Source: Eledone cirrhosa (lineage: Eukaryota). Taken from it: 64,000 nucleotides of DNA. The translations under genes and the position numbers were made by a program. Within the stretch, counting starts at the first letter, position 1. Each line of letters starts with the position of its first letter. The notes below the pieces were generated by a model. It searched no databases, was not told where the DNA came from, and was given only the letters and a program-made list of their open reading frames with translations. Location of the stretch: assembly GCA_964016885.1 (NCBI GenBank), contig OZ024740.1:394506001-394570000 (forward strand). Direction: 5' to 3'. This document shows, in pieces, positions 48,501-62,269 of the stretch.

Positions 48501-49124
48501 AAGGCTAATAGAATAAATTCATGGTATGATAGCAATAAATACCAGAGTGTAATGTTCATCGATACAACCCCTAGAGGTGAATTATCTTACAAATTTAGAA
48601 GGGCCCTAGACAAACATAAACTCAATATTAAGATAGTAGAAAGACCAGGTACCTCCGTAAAAACACTTATTAGCATTACATGCCCTTTTCAAAGACCCCA
48701 CTGTATAGATAAGAAATGTATAACCTGTAAATTAAGCCCCCATATTAACTGTAAAACTAGAAATGTAGTATATAGCATAAGATGTACTGAAGGACAATGT
48801 AGAGACAAAAATATAGTGTACATAGGTGAGACAGCTCGTAGTGTAGGGGAACGGATAAATGAACACTGGCGAGACCTTCAAGATAGTAAAGAATCATCTG
48901 TACTCTAACAACATGCTAAAATAGAACATAGAAATAAAAATAGAATCTACACACAGAAAAGACGCAATGTTTATACAAATCACAGAAGCAATAAACATAA
49001 AAGAATTACAACCAAAATTAAATAGAAAATATGAGTGGAACAGCAACATCACAACTTACAATTAAGGACAAAATGAAAACACACACGCACATAGAACAAA
49101 CAACCAACCTGTAACATGTAAATA
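45586..49124 (+). pseudogene. Forward PLE ORF with frameshift near 48383, stop near 48908 and a low-complexity CA-rich block near 46160-46450
   Basis: ORFs 46791..48383 and 48390..48908. Confidence 0.85.
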
Positions 49125-49266
49125 AACAAATAAATAAACGAATATAAACACACACAGACACCCGGATGTGGCGCATGCGCAGACTGAGCACACAACACAC
49201 ACACAGAAACAAAATGGCGTAGGACAGAACAAAGGAGAGGCGCAAAAACAAAGAAAATAATCCCCA

Positions 49267-49309
49267 GTCACTGAAGAGGTCACAGAATGTGTGACGAAAG
49301 AACTTTAAC
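49267..49309 (+). ncRNA. Minimal type I hammerhead (mirror copy at 44183-44225, - strand)
   Basis: GTCA-CTGAAGA-G-GTCACA-GAATG-TGTGAC-GAAA-GAAC-TT-T(G/A)AC. Confidence 0.75.
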
Positions 49310-49519
49310 AATATATAAACAACCAACTGGTTGTGGAACCAACCAACCAACCGGAAATTTATAAATTCCTAAATTTATAAATTTATTATAATAAATTGAA
49401 GTGAAAGCAACTGGTGCGTGTGTTTCTTGTTGGCAACATGACCCTCCCAAAGTATAACAATATCGGTTTCAACACACGTTTTCAGATAAAGAATCTTGCT
49501 AAACAAATTCAGAAACGAA

Positions 49520-49557
<38 letters not shown>

Positions 49558-49570
49558 GTATATACATGTA

Positions 49571-49694
<124 letters not shown>

Positions 49695-49849
49695 TTCGTT
49701 CGTGAGACAAGGCAATCAGACAAGGCAATTGTAATATATCATATCAAAATTACATTATTAAATCTTATTCTTATTTTGTTTCTTGCAAATTATTTTTTTC
49801 AAAATATCAATTCAAAACTTTATCATTTCATTTTTGAGTAAAGCGTTAT

Positions 49850-50441
49850 TTTCAAATTAGAAATTCAAAGTTCCAATACTCAAGTTATGGGCTTCCAAAA
49901 TGTTCACTATAAGGGGTTTAACCCTCATTAGGGTTTCTTAATATTATTGAAATTTGCTGAAATATTGTGAATAGGCATCACATCTTATCGTTTTCCTATG
50001 GTTTAACTTTCATATTAATCGAAGGGAAAACATTTTCAGCGGGGTTTTGTGCCCCCGGGGAACCCTAATAAGGAGTTTAACCCCCATTATGGTGTCTTAA
50101 TATTATTGATATTTTGTGAATAGGCATCATATATTGTTATTTACCTAAAACAATTTCAGCGGGGGTTTTCAGCGGGGCTTTGTGCTTCCAGGGAACCCTT
50201 TGATGAAAATGAAATATACTTATCCAAGTACACTGGGCAATGTAGTTTCAGAATATATATGGTTATGGGGTCTATCTCCAAAACCATAGGAGGAGTTCGG
50301 GAAATCTTGTTCTATTTATTGGACAAAATATTCACTGTAAGATATTTAACCCCATTAGGGTGTTTTAATATCTATCTCCAAAATCACAGGAGTGGTTCGT
50401 GAACAAACAAACATACAGGAATACAACTTTATATATATAGA
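49850..50441 (-). mobile_element. Non-autonomous Helitron-like fragment with internal repeats (5' end only)
   Basis: Starts TCTATATATATAAAG..(TGTT)n; no CTAG end found. Confidence 0.45.
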
Positions 50442-50497
50442 TATATATATGTATATATGTATATATATATATATACATACACACACACACGCACACG

Positions 50498-50572
<75 letters not shown>

Positions 50573-50718
50573 CAGTATATAGAGAAGAAAACACAAAAAG
50601 GAGTATGTTTTCAATTACGACGGGTATGGAAAAGCATAAAGTCTACGAAAAGATGGGAAAATGCATAATAATTAAAAAGGTAAATTAAAATGTACAGACC
50701 CACCTTTATAACTATAAA

Positions 50719-50822
50719 ACACCTGGACAAACTCAAAGAAGATAATGTTTCGCCATAAACAGTGTCGGTACCATAACTTCTCAGGGCTCGTCAGCAGGGG
50801 TAAAGACGATATGGTCGACACT
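50719..50822 (-). ncRNA. Full-size type I hammerhead ribozyme with loop-II pseudoknot, in a (TA)n-flanked island (about 50570-51019)
   Basis: CCTG-CTGACGA-GCC..GGC-GAAA-CA..TG-TC|CAGG; AGTGTCG/CGACACT and ACCATA/TATGGT pairings. Confidence 0.82.
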
Positions 50823-51016
50823 TCTAAAGAGATTTTAGACAACTCAAATAACACATACGGTGAGAGAAGAGACGGAAGCTGCGCGCCAGACAGTACATAG
50901 TGGCTTGAATGGATAAAAAAAACGCTGGAAATAACAGCCTATAACCATTCAACTTAAAAAGCTCAACTAACATGAAGAAATTATTTAGGAACCAGACAAA
51001 TTGAAATTGTCTAAGC

Positions 51017-51055
<39 letters not shown>

Positions 51056-51059
<4 letters not shown>

Positions 51060-51112
51060 GTGCCCCAGCATCGACCGCAGCCTGTCGGCTGGAACACGTA
51101 ATAGAGTAATAG
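51056..51112 (+). mobile_element. 3' end of a SINE resembling common Octopus SINEs
   Basis: GTGGTGCCCCAGCAT..CGCAG..CTG.AACA.GTAA motif, recognised from memory. Confidence 0.55.
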
Positions 51113-51364
51113 CATAATATATATGTGTGTGTGTATGTGTGTGTGTGTGAATGTGTGTGCATAATGACTACAACTCTTACATAACGAATATTGCATCATA
51201 TGTGCCTTAACAAACATAATCCTGCAGTGAATATTTTGCCATGTTAAACCTCATTCTAATGATGTACTTAATTATGGAAATCATCGCAGTTTCCTATTGA
51301 GCTTTGACTCTCTCCTCACAGCTGTTACATTTGTGTAACGTATTCTATAACTTGGAAGCAGATT

Positions 51365-51401
<37 letters not shown>

Positions 51402-51547
51402 AATTAAAATACTAGAGTGTGTTTGAGTTAAACACCCTCTTCATATTATAGAAATGACAGTAAAGGTATAGCTCAATGTAATTAAACAGAGCCGAAGAAT
51501 TAAGAAATAAACCAAAGAAGACTTCAATACATCAAAAGTCTTTATTA

Positions 51548-51585
51548 GCCAACAATGTTTCGTCCTATTAAGGACTCATCAGGGC
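51548..51585 (-). ncRNA. Minimal type I hammerhead with canonical core
   Basis: GCC-CTGATGA-GTCC-TTAATA-GGAC-GAAA-CATTG-TT-GGC. Confidence 0.85.
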
Positions 51586-51979
51586 AAGTAAAGCTATAAG
51601 AAGCACTATCGGCCAATACAAGCCAAAAACTCAGAAGAATATGGAGTATACATACATTAAAGCATAGGAAAATGATCAAGTAAAAATTATCAAGTAAAAA
51701 TTGCTAAGGAAGTGAATAACATTTTGAACCATATTACAAATATAGTACAATGCAAAAACTAAAGCTAAACACAAGTGGTGATATAAAGGGAGAATTACGG
51801 TGCTAAATATAATATAATATAATATAATATAATTGATAATGATAATAATAATAATATTAAAAGGCCCAATAAGCATACATATACATATACATATGTACAC
51901 ATATACATATACATATATATATCAATACACATATCCATCTATACAAACCCAAACTAACACCTATTAAGAGTTTAAATAT

Positions 51980-52142
51980 AAATAAAAATAAAAATAAAAA
52001 TAAAAATAAAAATAAAAATAAAAATAAAAATAAAAATAAAAATAAAAATAAAAATAAAAATAAAAATAAAAATAAAAATAAAAATAAAAATAAAAATAAA
52101 AATAAAAATAAAAATAAAAATAAAAATAAAAATAAAAATAAT
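51980..52142. repeat. (AAAAAT)n within the PLE 3' region
   Basis: Direct reading. Confidence 0.97.
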
Positions 52143-53385
52143 ACATATATTATTTACAGTATAAAATGATAAAGAAATGAGTAAAAGTAAACATCTAAAA
52201 TATAATATACTATATAAATATATAATTAATAATCTCCGGTCAATTTTCACAGAGAGTATAAATATTACAATAACACTATAATAACAATATTATAATATAT
52301 TGGTATATAACATAACAAATCATATAAAGTTACACACAGGGGGTGAGAAAAAAAATATCATACAGAACTAAATTGTGTTGAAAAGATTGTGCTGGAAAAA
52401 TATCTATACCGTTGTAAGAAAACAGACGTAGGTCAAGTTTTTATACAATTGGTATAAATAAGTATTATCTAAACATTACAAAAATTATAAAAATATAAAC
52501 ATATTACAGAATTTACAAAATTTAACATAAGGGTACATCAATATCAAATAATGAACATAGTATAATATACATAATTACATGGTTGGTAGACAGACATATG
52601 TGAATAAGTGAATAAGAACCAGACAGAAACTACGCACAGTAGTAAAAAAAATATAAATATAAATAAAATAAAATCAACCGGAAATCGAAAAACAAAAACA
52701 AAAATATTTACTTAGGTATCACAAGCAGTTAAGTAAAAAAAAAAATTAGGAAACAAACCCGGATAAATGACTAGAAAACCCTATTAAATTAATTAATATT
52801 GCAAGTATTTAAAATATATAATAAGTCAATACAAAATTAGCTATGGTTTAAGTAATCAAAATCTCCAAAGTTTAAGATATCTCAATAAGAACATCCAGAA
52901 TAGAATGAAATACTTTACTATCAGTTGAATAACGTTATCTAATAAACAGACTTTAAATAGAACTATGGTAGGCCAATGGGGACAGAAAAAAGAAATGTAT
53001 GAAGGATGCGAAGGAGCATAAAATCATAATCAATATACTGTATCATACAATAGAAAGGGGCATAAAAGGGAATTGAATATAATTATAGTATAATTGAAGG
53101 GGCGAATGACAAGTGTGTGGGGGGGGGGGTTAATTATTTAAATGAGAATCCAAATAAAATAAAATAAAATAATATAAAATAAAATAAAATAAAATATATA
53201 ATCAGATATAAACTCATAAGGTGTTAATAGTGAAAATATAATATTTAAGAAGAAAGATATGGTATGGTAGCCAAAAGACTATGAAAGCTAGATCGAAAAG
53301 CTGTTAAAAACCAATAATAATAATAATGATAATGATGGAGGTAAACAAAATGAACCTAAACAAAAAAGATAAGGGAATATAGCAG

Positions 53386-56076
53386 CTAATGGATACAATT
53401 TACACTACCAGAACTTTTAGGTTTATAATAAAAGTAAGAATTAGAAATGGCGTGGGGGCAAGAAGAGAATATCTCAGACTTTCTATTAAGTAAGAGTTCC
53501 CTAGAGAAAATTATAGAGTGGGTCTCAAGGATACAGAGATTACAGAATTTAATGTGTGTTGATAGGTTATTAGAGCGTGCTACTATTCGCCAATTAAGGC
53601 TATATGGTATATTAGCCCCCTTAAGATCCCAGATATGGTGTGCTAAAGAAGTAGAATTCTTAAACTTAACATGTTTAAGATTAGAGATATGAGAATTAAA
53701 CCTAGTCTTAAAAGTGTTAGATGTTGAGCCTATATATGTGCTATTAGAGGAATTAGTTTTAACTACACAAGCATAAACGATGTTCTTAGAGAGGCAGTTA
53801 CCGTTTAAAGGGCAGTTAACACTCACTCTACAGTTACACTTCCGGGTGCTATTAATCGGCTGAAGTAGTGATGCATCCCTCGTAGGGTTACTATGAGATA
53901 AGGTCTGCTCAGGTGGTAAGGCATTTATGGATCTATCCAGACTAGTAGTACGCAGAGAGGAATAGCCATCCCTAATTTTCCCATTGTTAGTGCTAGCTAA
54001 ATGAGAACTAATATTAGGGGTGGTAGAGAATGATAGTTTAATTACATTTTTATTAAAAATACCATGGTATTTATTAGTAGGAGGGAAATGTTTCTCTAAG
54101 ATAGAAAAGAAAGACCTAGGGATGTTAGTTAATACTTCCTGATTATATGGCGGGTTAAAATAAGTATTTAGTCTCCTTCTATTTCTATCCTTACCAACTC
54201 TACCGTTATCTAATATCCCATTATTATTAAGATCTGGGTTACTACGAGGACTAGTTAAAACCACATTATTAGAATCAGCCGAAACTCCATTGAGTTTCTT
54301 TCTATTTCTACCTTTAGTATATCTGCTGCTATCTGGAATCATATCAAAAGGATTAGGGCTAATAATAGGATCAGTAGAAACAACACTATTAGAATTAGAT
54401 TTAGCATAAGCATTACCACTGAGTGAGCGCTCAGAGCGCCCAACTTGATCCCTAGAACTATTAGATTCACTATTACGAATCCGGTGGCTTAACTTATGGA
54501 TGGGTTCGGATACACCTATGTGATTTCTACGATTCTTATGCTTTCTACTCCCATTCATGGCCATATTATGGGATATTATGTTATTATTATTATATGTAAG
54601 CGGAGACTTTCTAAGGTTACTATTATTATAATGTATTTTACCAGAGTAACCGGAGCTAGCTAGGGCGTTATTATAGTACTCTGCATGTGCATTAAATATT
54701 CCTATGTCCTTAGAGAGTGTGGAAATTCTATTAGATACACCATTAATTATAGAGCTTATCATAGATTTGGGGTGGTTAGAATTGGGACTAACATAAGAGA
54801 GTATTTCATTAGGCTTATGGAAGGGTTTAAAACTATTAGTGACCAAGTCCAAAGTCACATCTAAAAAGTTGACCGCTCTATCATTTCTATCTATCGTGAT
54901 CGAAAGGTTAAATCTTTTAAAAAACTTGTAAAGTTTCTTCTTATTATGCTCGATATTATTGGTGCTAGAGTTAATCACAAACAATGCGTCGTCACGATAA
55001 AGTCCGCCTTTAAGGTGCGGAAAGGTAACATACAGTTCATTTAGGAGGAACAGCCCAACAAGATCAGTTACCAGGGCCGAATCACTCGAACCCATTGTAA
55101 CGTCGAAATTGTTGGGCGTGTTTTTACGGGTCCAAAATGCATCCTCAAAATTGATGATAGTTCTACGGGCTGCTAGTATAATATCAATCTGTGATCGTGT
55201 AAGGCTGGACACTCTCATGGCCATCATTAAGGCTTTATTAAGGAGGATAGGTGAAATCGATGTGTAATAGGCATCAATATCAAACTGGATAAACCTACTA
55301 GATTCAAGTTTATTAATACCAGAGAACCAATCTATAACCTCCTTAGTGTTCCCCCATAGATTAAAATTAACCTTCTCCCTAACGGCTGGTACAATAAGGT
55401 CAGGGATTTTCTTACTAATTATGGCTATATCAGACTTAGAAGGACAGATGAGTCTAACAGAGGGATTACTAATGAAGTCTACCTTATGATCCTTAAGAGT
55501 GAATCTCGGTTCCCTAGGGTAATATGGCTGGGTATACTTATCAAGGCCAAGGTCCGAGACTATCTTAAGACCCTCATTATTGATATGATCCAAATTATCT
55601 TGTGTAGTCTTTTTATAATTTCTATGCAGCTCCTTATAAATAAAATTACGGTAAGCACTGTAATCCATAGAGTATAGATTCTTAGTCTTATCAGCCGGGA
55701 CAAGAATAGACTTATTCTCTCTAAAACCCTTAACAATATTTTTATGTCTAGACTGGAACCTGTCAAACTTATTATAATTTCCATGTCTATTATATGGCCT
55801 ATACTTAATATTTTTGACAAAGGAAAGTAAATCATTTTCAAAATTATCTAATAGAACATTATGTGGTGGGCTCTTATAAGTTTTGAAGCCAAAGTTATTG
55901 AAAGGAGTTCTATGCCTGGGGTCAGTCCTATTCCTATTAATATCAAAGTGGAAAGCACGCCATCTAATCCTTTTTACGAAGGAGTTAACACTAGCAATTA
56001 AGAGTTATTCATAATTATTTCTAGAGGGGATGGGAATATTTTTCAGAGATAAAGGCATGTAGATCGTTGTTAGCAT
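53386..56076 (-). pseudogene. PLE RT-GIY-YIG ORF, 896 codons, with a single premature TAA at 56007-56005
   Basis: Frame of ORF 53386..55668 continues upstream through ADKTKNLY, FENDL, FGFKT, KRIRWRA and SLKNIPIPS to ATG 56076. Confidence 0.85.
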
Positions 56077-56244
56077 ACTGTCAGATATATATAAAGGCCA
56101 AAATACCAGTATATAGGAGGAAGCTCAACCAATCAGGAGCCGTAACAAGAATTAAAATACTAGAGTGTGTTGGAGTTAAACACCCTCTTCATATTATAGA
56201 AATGACAGTAAAGGTATAGCTCAATGTAATTAAACAGAGCCGAA

Positions 56245-56327
<83 letters not shown>

Positions 56328-56410
56328 CAGTTGCGTTGATAATTTATTTTATGGCTAAGCCAAACAGCATACAACAATATATTTGTCCGACTTTTACAAA
56401 TTATAATTGA

Positions 56411-57123
56411 CTAGCTGACGTACCCAGCTTCGCCCGGGTAAACAGATGATGAGAGAAGACAGGTAAAAGAGAAAATGACTGTATTGGATGTTTGTCTGGT
56501 TACAGTATGAATTGCTTTTACTTTCTGTGGAACGCTGCACGCACGCACACACACATAAACATACGCGCACGTATATACACACGCACACATGGTAATAGTT
56601 ACAGCGTTCAATTTGCCTCTCTGTTTCTTACTCTCCGCTCTCACTCCCCCATTGGCATTATGCATATTAATTTAAGTTTGGCGCCGGGTGGACGGAGTCG
56701 TTTGAAACATATGAACCAATGATAATCGAGAAATATGACACACGGAATAATGACATTGTTGAAATTAATATATAGACTAGCTGACATACCCAGCTTCGCC
56801 CGGGTAAACAGATGATAAGAGAAGACGGGTAAAAGAGAAAATGACTGTATCGGTTACAGTATGAGGCGAGTCCGTGTTGTCTCTGTGATACAAAAAACAG
56901 TAAAAGAAATCTTCCAGTTATACCAGATTCTTCGTTGTACAGTTTGTGCATAGTATATGAACAATTCTAGGTGCTCCCACCTAGAATAATGACCTCTAGG
57001 AGATGGTTCATCTTCTGCCTGACTTTAAAATGTGTATCATTGCATAGACATGGTTGTTCCACGTTTCTCAAAAGGATGATGGAAGTTCCAATCTTTTATA
57101 TTATATGTAGATATAGATATAGA
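56411..57123 (-). mobile_element. Head-to-tail pair of non-autonomous Helitrons (57123-56777 and 56776-56411)
   Basis: Each is 5'-TC..hairpin CCCGG-GCGAAG-CTGGG..CTAG-3'; the pair sits between A and T. Confidence 0.8.
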
Positions 57124-57510
57124 TAATTAATATAAAAGATGTCCGTCAATGTAAAAAAGGTCCCTATTTACTTGAAATGGTTTATACAAATGCCAAATTA
57201 ATATGGATATGGATAACATGCTTATCTATAAGTGGTCAGCTATAATAATAAAACAACAAATTATATGACACAAAAATTTATTCAGTAGTTTCCAGGTCTT
57301 AGCCACTGAGTAATAGACAGTCAATATTGCCCAGAGTTCAACTCGGGGAGGTGGCCTGGTGTGAACTCTAAATGGTGGATCCTTCTACTTCGAAAATGGA
57401 ATCGTTTTTCAATATTGCTCTAGCACTGGCCGGCCATAGGATCCAACCTTTTTGCCAGACTTAGCATATGATGAGGTTTTATTACCACCGCAATCAGAAG
57501 CGATAAATTT

Positions 57511-57845
57511 GAAGGCAATTTCTACCAATACATGTTGGTTTTTATTGCTCATTATCGACAATAAATGACATTGAACAGAAATGATAACTCTGTCAAAGCT
57601 CACAATACTGATCAAAGGACACCAATGTCTGAATCATTTACGTCGAATATTCATAGCAGTGAAGGCAATTTCTACCAATACTTGTTGGTATTTATTGCGC
57701 AACATAGCAGTGAAAGCAATTTTTACCAATACTTGTTTGTTTTTATTGTTCATAAGGACATTAAATGACATTGAACATAAATGATAACTCTGTCAAAGCT
57801 CACAATACTGATCAAAGTACACCAATGTCCGAATCATTTACGTGG
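57511..57845. repeat. Imperfect direct repeats (about 200-bp and 50-bp periods) downstream of the Helitron ORF
   Basis: GAAGGCAATTTCTACCAATAC three times; GATAACTCTGTCAAAGCTCACAATACTGATCAA twice. Confidence 0.8.
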
Positions 57846-57875
57846 CTTATTGATAGCATTAAAGATATGCATACA

Positions 57876-60800
57876 TCAGCTCAAAGCTTCATTATAGACA
57901 ATATTCAGGGTTGTTCCTCTGTTAGTGGTATCAATTGCAAGTTTTATACCATCAGGATCGTACACTCGAGATGCAGCAACATACAGTTGCCCATGGCTGA
58001 ATGCTGGATCATTCAAGTAGACACCGACTCGCTTGAAAGTCTGTCCCTGTGCCTTGTTGACAGTCATGGAGGGGACCAAATTGACGGGAAACTGTCTCCT
58101 TTGCCAAATGAATGGCAGCAGATCTTCACTTGGTCTCAGCATGATCCTCGGAATGAGAACCGATTCCTCTCTGCCTGGGAGTTTAGCTTCTAAAACTCTT
58201 CCATTAATCAATCTCTCAACAATCAATCTGGTACCATTGCAAAGACCCATTTTATGATTGATATTTCTAAGCAATATAATCGGCATACCCTTTTTCAACC
58301 TCAAAATATATGGGGGAAATCCGGGTATTTGAAGATACTCAGTCGGAACATCCATATTGTTCGGCTGATTAGGCTCCATTGCATCCGCACTGACGGTCAA
58401 CCATTCCTCTCCAGGAAACATTCCGGCTACTTGTGAATTTATTTCATCGACCGTTGCATTCGTATGAGTTAGAATAATGCGTTCCGATATCCAGGAGATA
58501 TTCTGCCCAAAAGCATTCAAATTAGGGAACACCCAGTTAATCAATGCTTGGAGGTCCAGTGGCATGACCAAATGGTCTGGGATTCTTAGAGTCTGATTAT
58601 CACCAACGTGTGGCAATTCATCGTTTCCCAACTGCATCAACCATCGGCCGTATGTCTCAGCCTCTTCGTTTTGCCCGAACATACGAAGTCGCATATTATC
58701 GTGTAATCGCAAAACTCTGAAATGGCGCCACAACGGGGACTTTTTCAGACATGCATCGACAATTTGCGCTCTTTGAGCATTCCTAACAATTGGTAACACC
58801 TGTCTGAAATCGTCACCAAGAACGATAGTCTTACTACCGCAGATATCTCTCAAAGTTCTGTCCAATGTCTCCAGCAAATATCTGTGTGCCATTGGAGCCT
58901 CGTCCCAAATAATCAGAGACGTATTGCGTATAAGGCCCGCGAGTTCACTTTGTCCTGCAATGTTACAGACACTCAACTCATCCGAAGCCAATGGAGCCTT
59001 GAAGCATGAGTGGAAGGTCCTTCCACCACTCAGCAAAGTAGCAGCGATCCCACTGGTAGCCACAGGGAGAGCAATCTTCTTCTGAGCTCTGACTGTCGAT
59101 AACATAGTGTTGAAACAGAATGTCTTTCCGGTGCCTCCTGGAGAATCTATGAAAGCACAAAGTTGCTCATTAGTGGAAATCGAGTGGAGAACGCCATCGA
59201 CCAATTCTCTCTGAGATTGGGTCAACATTGGCATACGTTCATCCACAATACGTTGCTGTTCCAGTGGATCAAACTGGAATAGTTCTCTCCGATCGAGTGG
59301 CAACCGTCTCAGCTGCAATCTCATGTTCAATGCTAAGACACGTTGCCGCATTTCTTCATCAGGAATTGGCAAATTGAAATCTCTTAAACATTTCAAATGA
59401 ACTTCAAGCAGTTGCTCAATATTGAGCAAAACAATAGCCTTCATCAAATTTTCATCATCGACCTGAAGATGATGCCTAAAATCATCAGCCATAATTCCTC
59501 AATGGCGTTCAAATAACTCTCTTAGATCGGCAGTATTGCAGAATCCTAGAATCGTGACAAACAACTGCCTTATTTGAGCTGGCATCTGTGTTGTTCTTGC
59601 AGCTTTCATGGCGTTATTCCATTCAGCGTCATCCTGAAGGAGTCCCAGATGTTGACACACAGCCTGGTATGTTTCATATTCCACGCCATTGATTGTTTTC
59701 AAATCAGTGAAGCTCTGTTTACCTCTCGAAAAATCATTATGCAACAGAATTCGGAGATAAAATACATCACCAGATGCTGGATGGACATTACAAACCCGTC
59801 CAATAGTCATGAATCTCAACTTTTGTTTTCTATCATTCCATTTCCTTCCCTTCTTATCCCACGTATAGTGCGAAGGGAAATCTCAGTAGAGGTGCCTTTG
59901 ATCCTGGTTCAAAGCATGTTCCCTATTATGCTTGAACCACTTAGTCAATTCCGTCTTAGGAGGTGGTGCGTTAGCAATTCTTTGGACACCGCTTCTAGTG
60001 TCCTGAAAACAGACCATTTGCATATTCTCTAAGTAAACCGTCAGTTTCTGAACGCTGGGTTTGCGTTCATTGAGATGAAAATCGAACAATCTCCAGGAAG
60101 CTTCGTTAGATCCAATCGAGTGAACATCCTGGAACCTGCCAACTTCATCTCCTTGGTTCGCTTCCTCATTCCTGACATTGATCATTGCCCGATCATGACC
60201 TTTGTAAACATATTTGAATAGATATTTGCAAGCTTTCACTGAACTACAAATTTCCACATTAATATGACAACGATATTTCATAATCAAATATGGATTGTAT
60301 GGCACAACCCATTGATTTGTAACCAGTCAACCGTTTACATTTTCGACCAAACTGCCATCTTCAGGCGACCGTCTTCTGTATGAGGGATGAGCATCCCCAT
60401 CGTTCCAGGAAGTGTTTGTGACAAAAAATTTCGGAAATTGCTTACTGCATTGGCCATTTTTCATGCAAGGCGCTTTCCGATTTGCCACTCCGCATTGGCT
60501 GTTCACCATTGACTTTGCCACCAAGTTGCGTAGTACCTCATTCTCTGGCAGTTCAGCACATACAACGCTGTCGACATCTTCAGCACATCTCAATTTGCAA
60601 TCTCTATGTAAAATGATCAGCAAATGTGCATGTGGCAATCCTCGTTTTGGGAATTCAATTACGTATGTAAAAGCAACTATACCTCCAAAGATTCCCTCTT
60701 TTTCCACATCATCCATTATCTTTTTCAGATATCCTTTGCCACAATATCAGGACGGTCCTTTGGCTGTTGTCCTGGAAAAAGTGCATCCTTAATATCAGTC

Positions 60801-61530
60801 CATTCAGGATTGCTTGTAACCGTTATAAACAAATCTGGCTTTCCAAACTTTCTGACAATAGCCATTGCATCCTGATAGCGAATGTTCATATATCTCGGGC
60901 CGCCGATGAACGACGATGGCAAAATGATGCGTCGACCAATTTGCTTGTAATTGGCATCATCATCGAATCCTATATATTATTATACAATTCAGCTCTGATA
61001 TGTTGCTGATGTGTAGCTATATAATTTAGCCTTTGATTTTCGATCTTTGCGAATGCCATACAACAGTATTCCTGGAACAATCTGCTGGCTTGAAATAGTG
61101 CATTTCTCTGTTGATTCCTCTCGTTCAAGTGGAACGCGTAAAAGTCGCGAATCGAATTATTGTGTCTATTGCCACCTCCCTGTTGATGCTGATTCTCATG
61201 ATCATCCATTTTCACCTTTTGGAAATAAAAGAACATAATGCAATGGATCATATGCCCTATTTGACTCATTGATAGTCTTGAGACCACCATCTCTGCGATT
61301 GAGGAAGATATCTCTCGATCCAGGCTTATCGGCACGAAATCTTTCAGGGGCATTATATCGCCGTTCGTGTTGATTCCTTGGCACTGCGTCAGCCTTAATA
61401 ACCAATTCTTGCTGCTGAACATTTTGCAGTTCAGCCACCAACATGAAATCCATAACATAAGGATTACACTGTCTAAGCCATGATTGCAAATCACGGACTA
61501 AATCACTTAACCATTGCCGTTAAAGTTCAG
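57876..61530 (-). pseudogene. Helitron RepHel transposase (HUH Rep + Pif1 helicase), multiply disrupted
   Basis: YDPLHYVLLFP, PSSFIGGPRYM, GKPDLFIT, RGLPHAH, YLFKYVYK, GGTGKT, IIWDEAPM, QGQT, HGQLYVA. Confidence 0.95.
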
Positions 61531-61613
61531 TTATATTTCCCGGCAACTTCATCCAACCGATCCTGATAAGCGAGAAGTGTAATTAACATTTAGTAAATCT
61601 ACGAAATATTGGA

Positions 61614-61822
61614 GAAGAAGAAGAAGAAGAAGAAGAAGAAGAAGAAGAAGAAGAAGAAGAAGAAGAAGAAGAAGAAGAAGAAGAAGAAGAAGAAGAAGAA
61701 GAAGAAGAAGAAGAAGAAGAAGAAGAAGAAGAAGAAGAAGAAGAAGCAGAAGAAGAAGAAGAAGAAGAAGAAGAAGAAGAAGAAGAAGAAGAAGAAGAAG
61801 AAGAAGAAGGAGGAGGAGGAGG
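61614..61822. repeat. (GAA)n microsatellite
   Basis: Direct reading. Confidence 0.98.
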
Positions 61823-62138
61823 TAGATCGAACAAGGAAAACTCAGTGATACAAGGGTCTTCACAACAGAGAATATTGTAATAAAGGAATTATTATATTCA
61901 ATACATTTTATAGCTTCGGATCGATCATAAATTGCTTAAGGAAGTTCTGTGGAAACATGCCACATCTATATAAACATATATAATATATGCATATATATAT
62001 AACAAAGAAAGTGTGGTAAGGAACCAGGTGGACCATAACGCACCAGAGTACTCGATACTTAGGGTAGTAGAGTGGGTAATAGGAAAAGAGTCAGGACCCC
62101 GACGGCTGAGCTCCGGCTGTTTCGACAGGTCCTGACAC

Positions 62139-62185
<47 letters not shown>

Positions 62186-62269
62186 GCCAGTAGCATTCTC
62201 GACTATTACTGACAAAATCTGTGACCTGGTCTGAGAGAAAAAATATTTTTCCTTAACACTTCTGATGCA

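Larger units (their letters stand above)
51399..56248 (-). mobile_element. Full-length PLE, Hydra-clade-like, with 102-bp terminal direct repeat (51399-51500, 56147-56248), in (TA)n
   Basis: One mismatch between repeats; RT FDIDAYY, MGS, GLYRDD, NFLDVTL; CNCR..CPL.GNC linker; IVY..YIG..R..H. Confidence 0.9.

Noticed and set aside
53386-56076. Selenocysteine-type recoding as in Naiad PLEs
   Set aside because: The interrupting codon is TAA, not TGA, and the endonuclease is C-terminal
57876-59492. Host PIF1 helicase gene
   Set aside because: Intronless and contiguous with disrupted Helitron Rep motifs
62085-62140. Long hairpin GTCAGGACC/GGTCCTGAC containing GAAA on the - strand
   Set aside because: No CUGANGA box or stem II; possibly a collapsed hammerhead but unsupported
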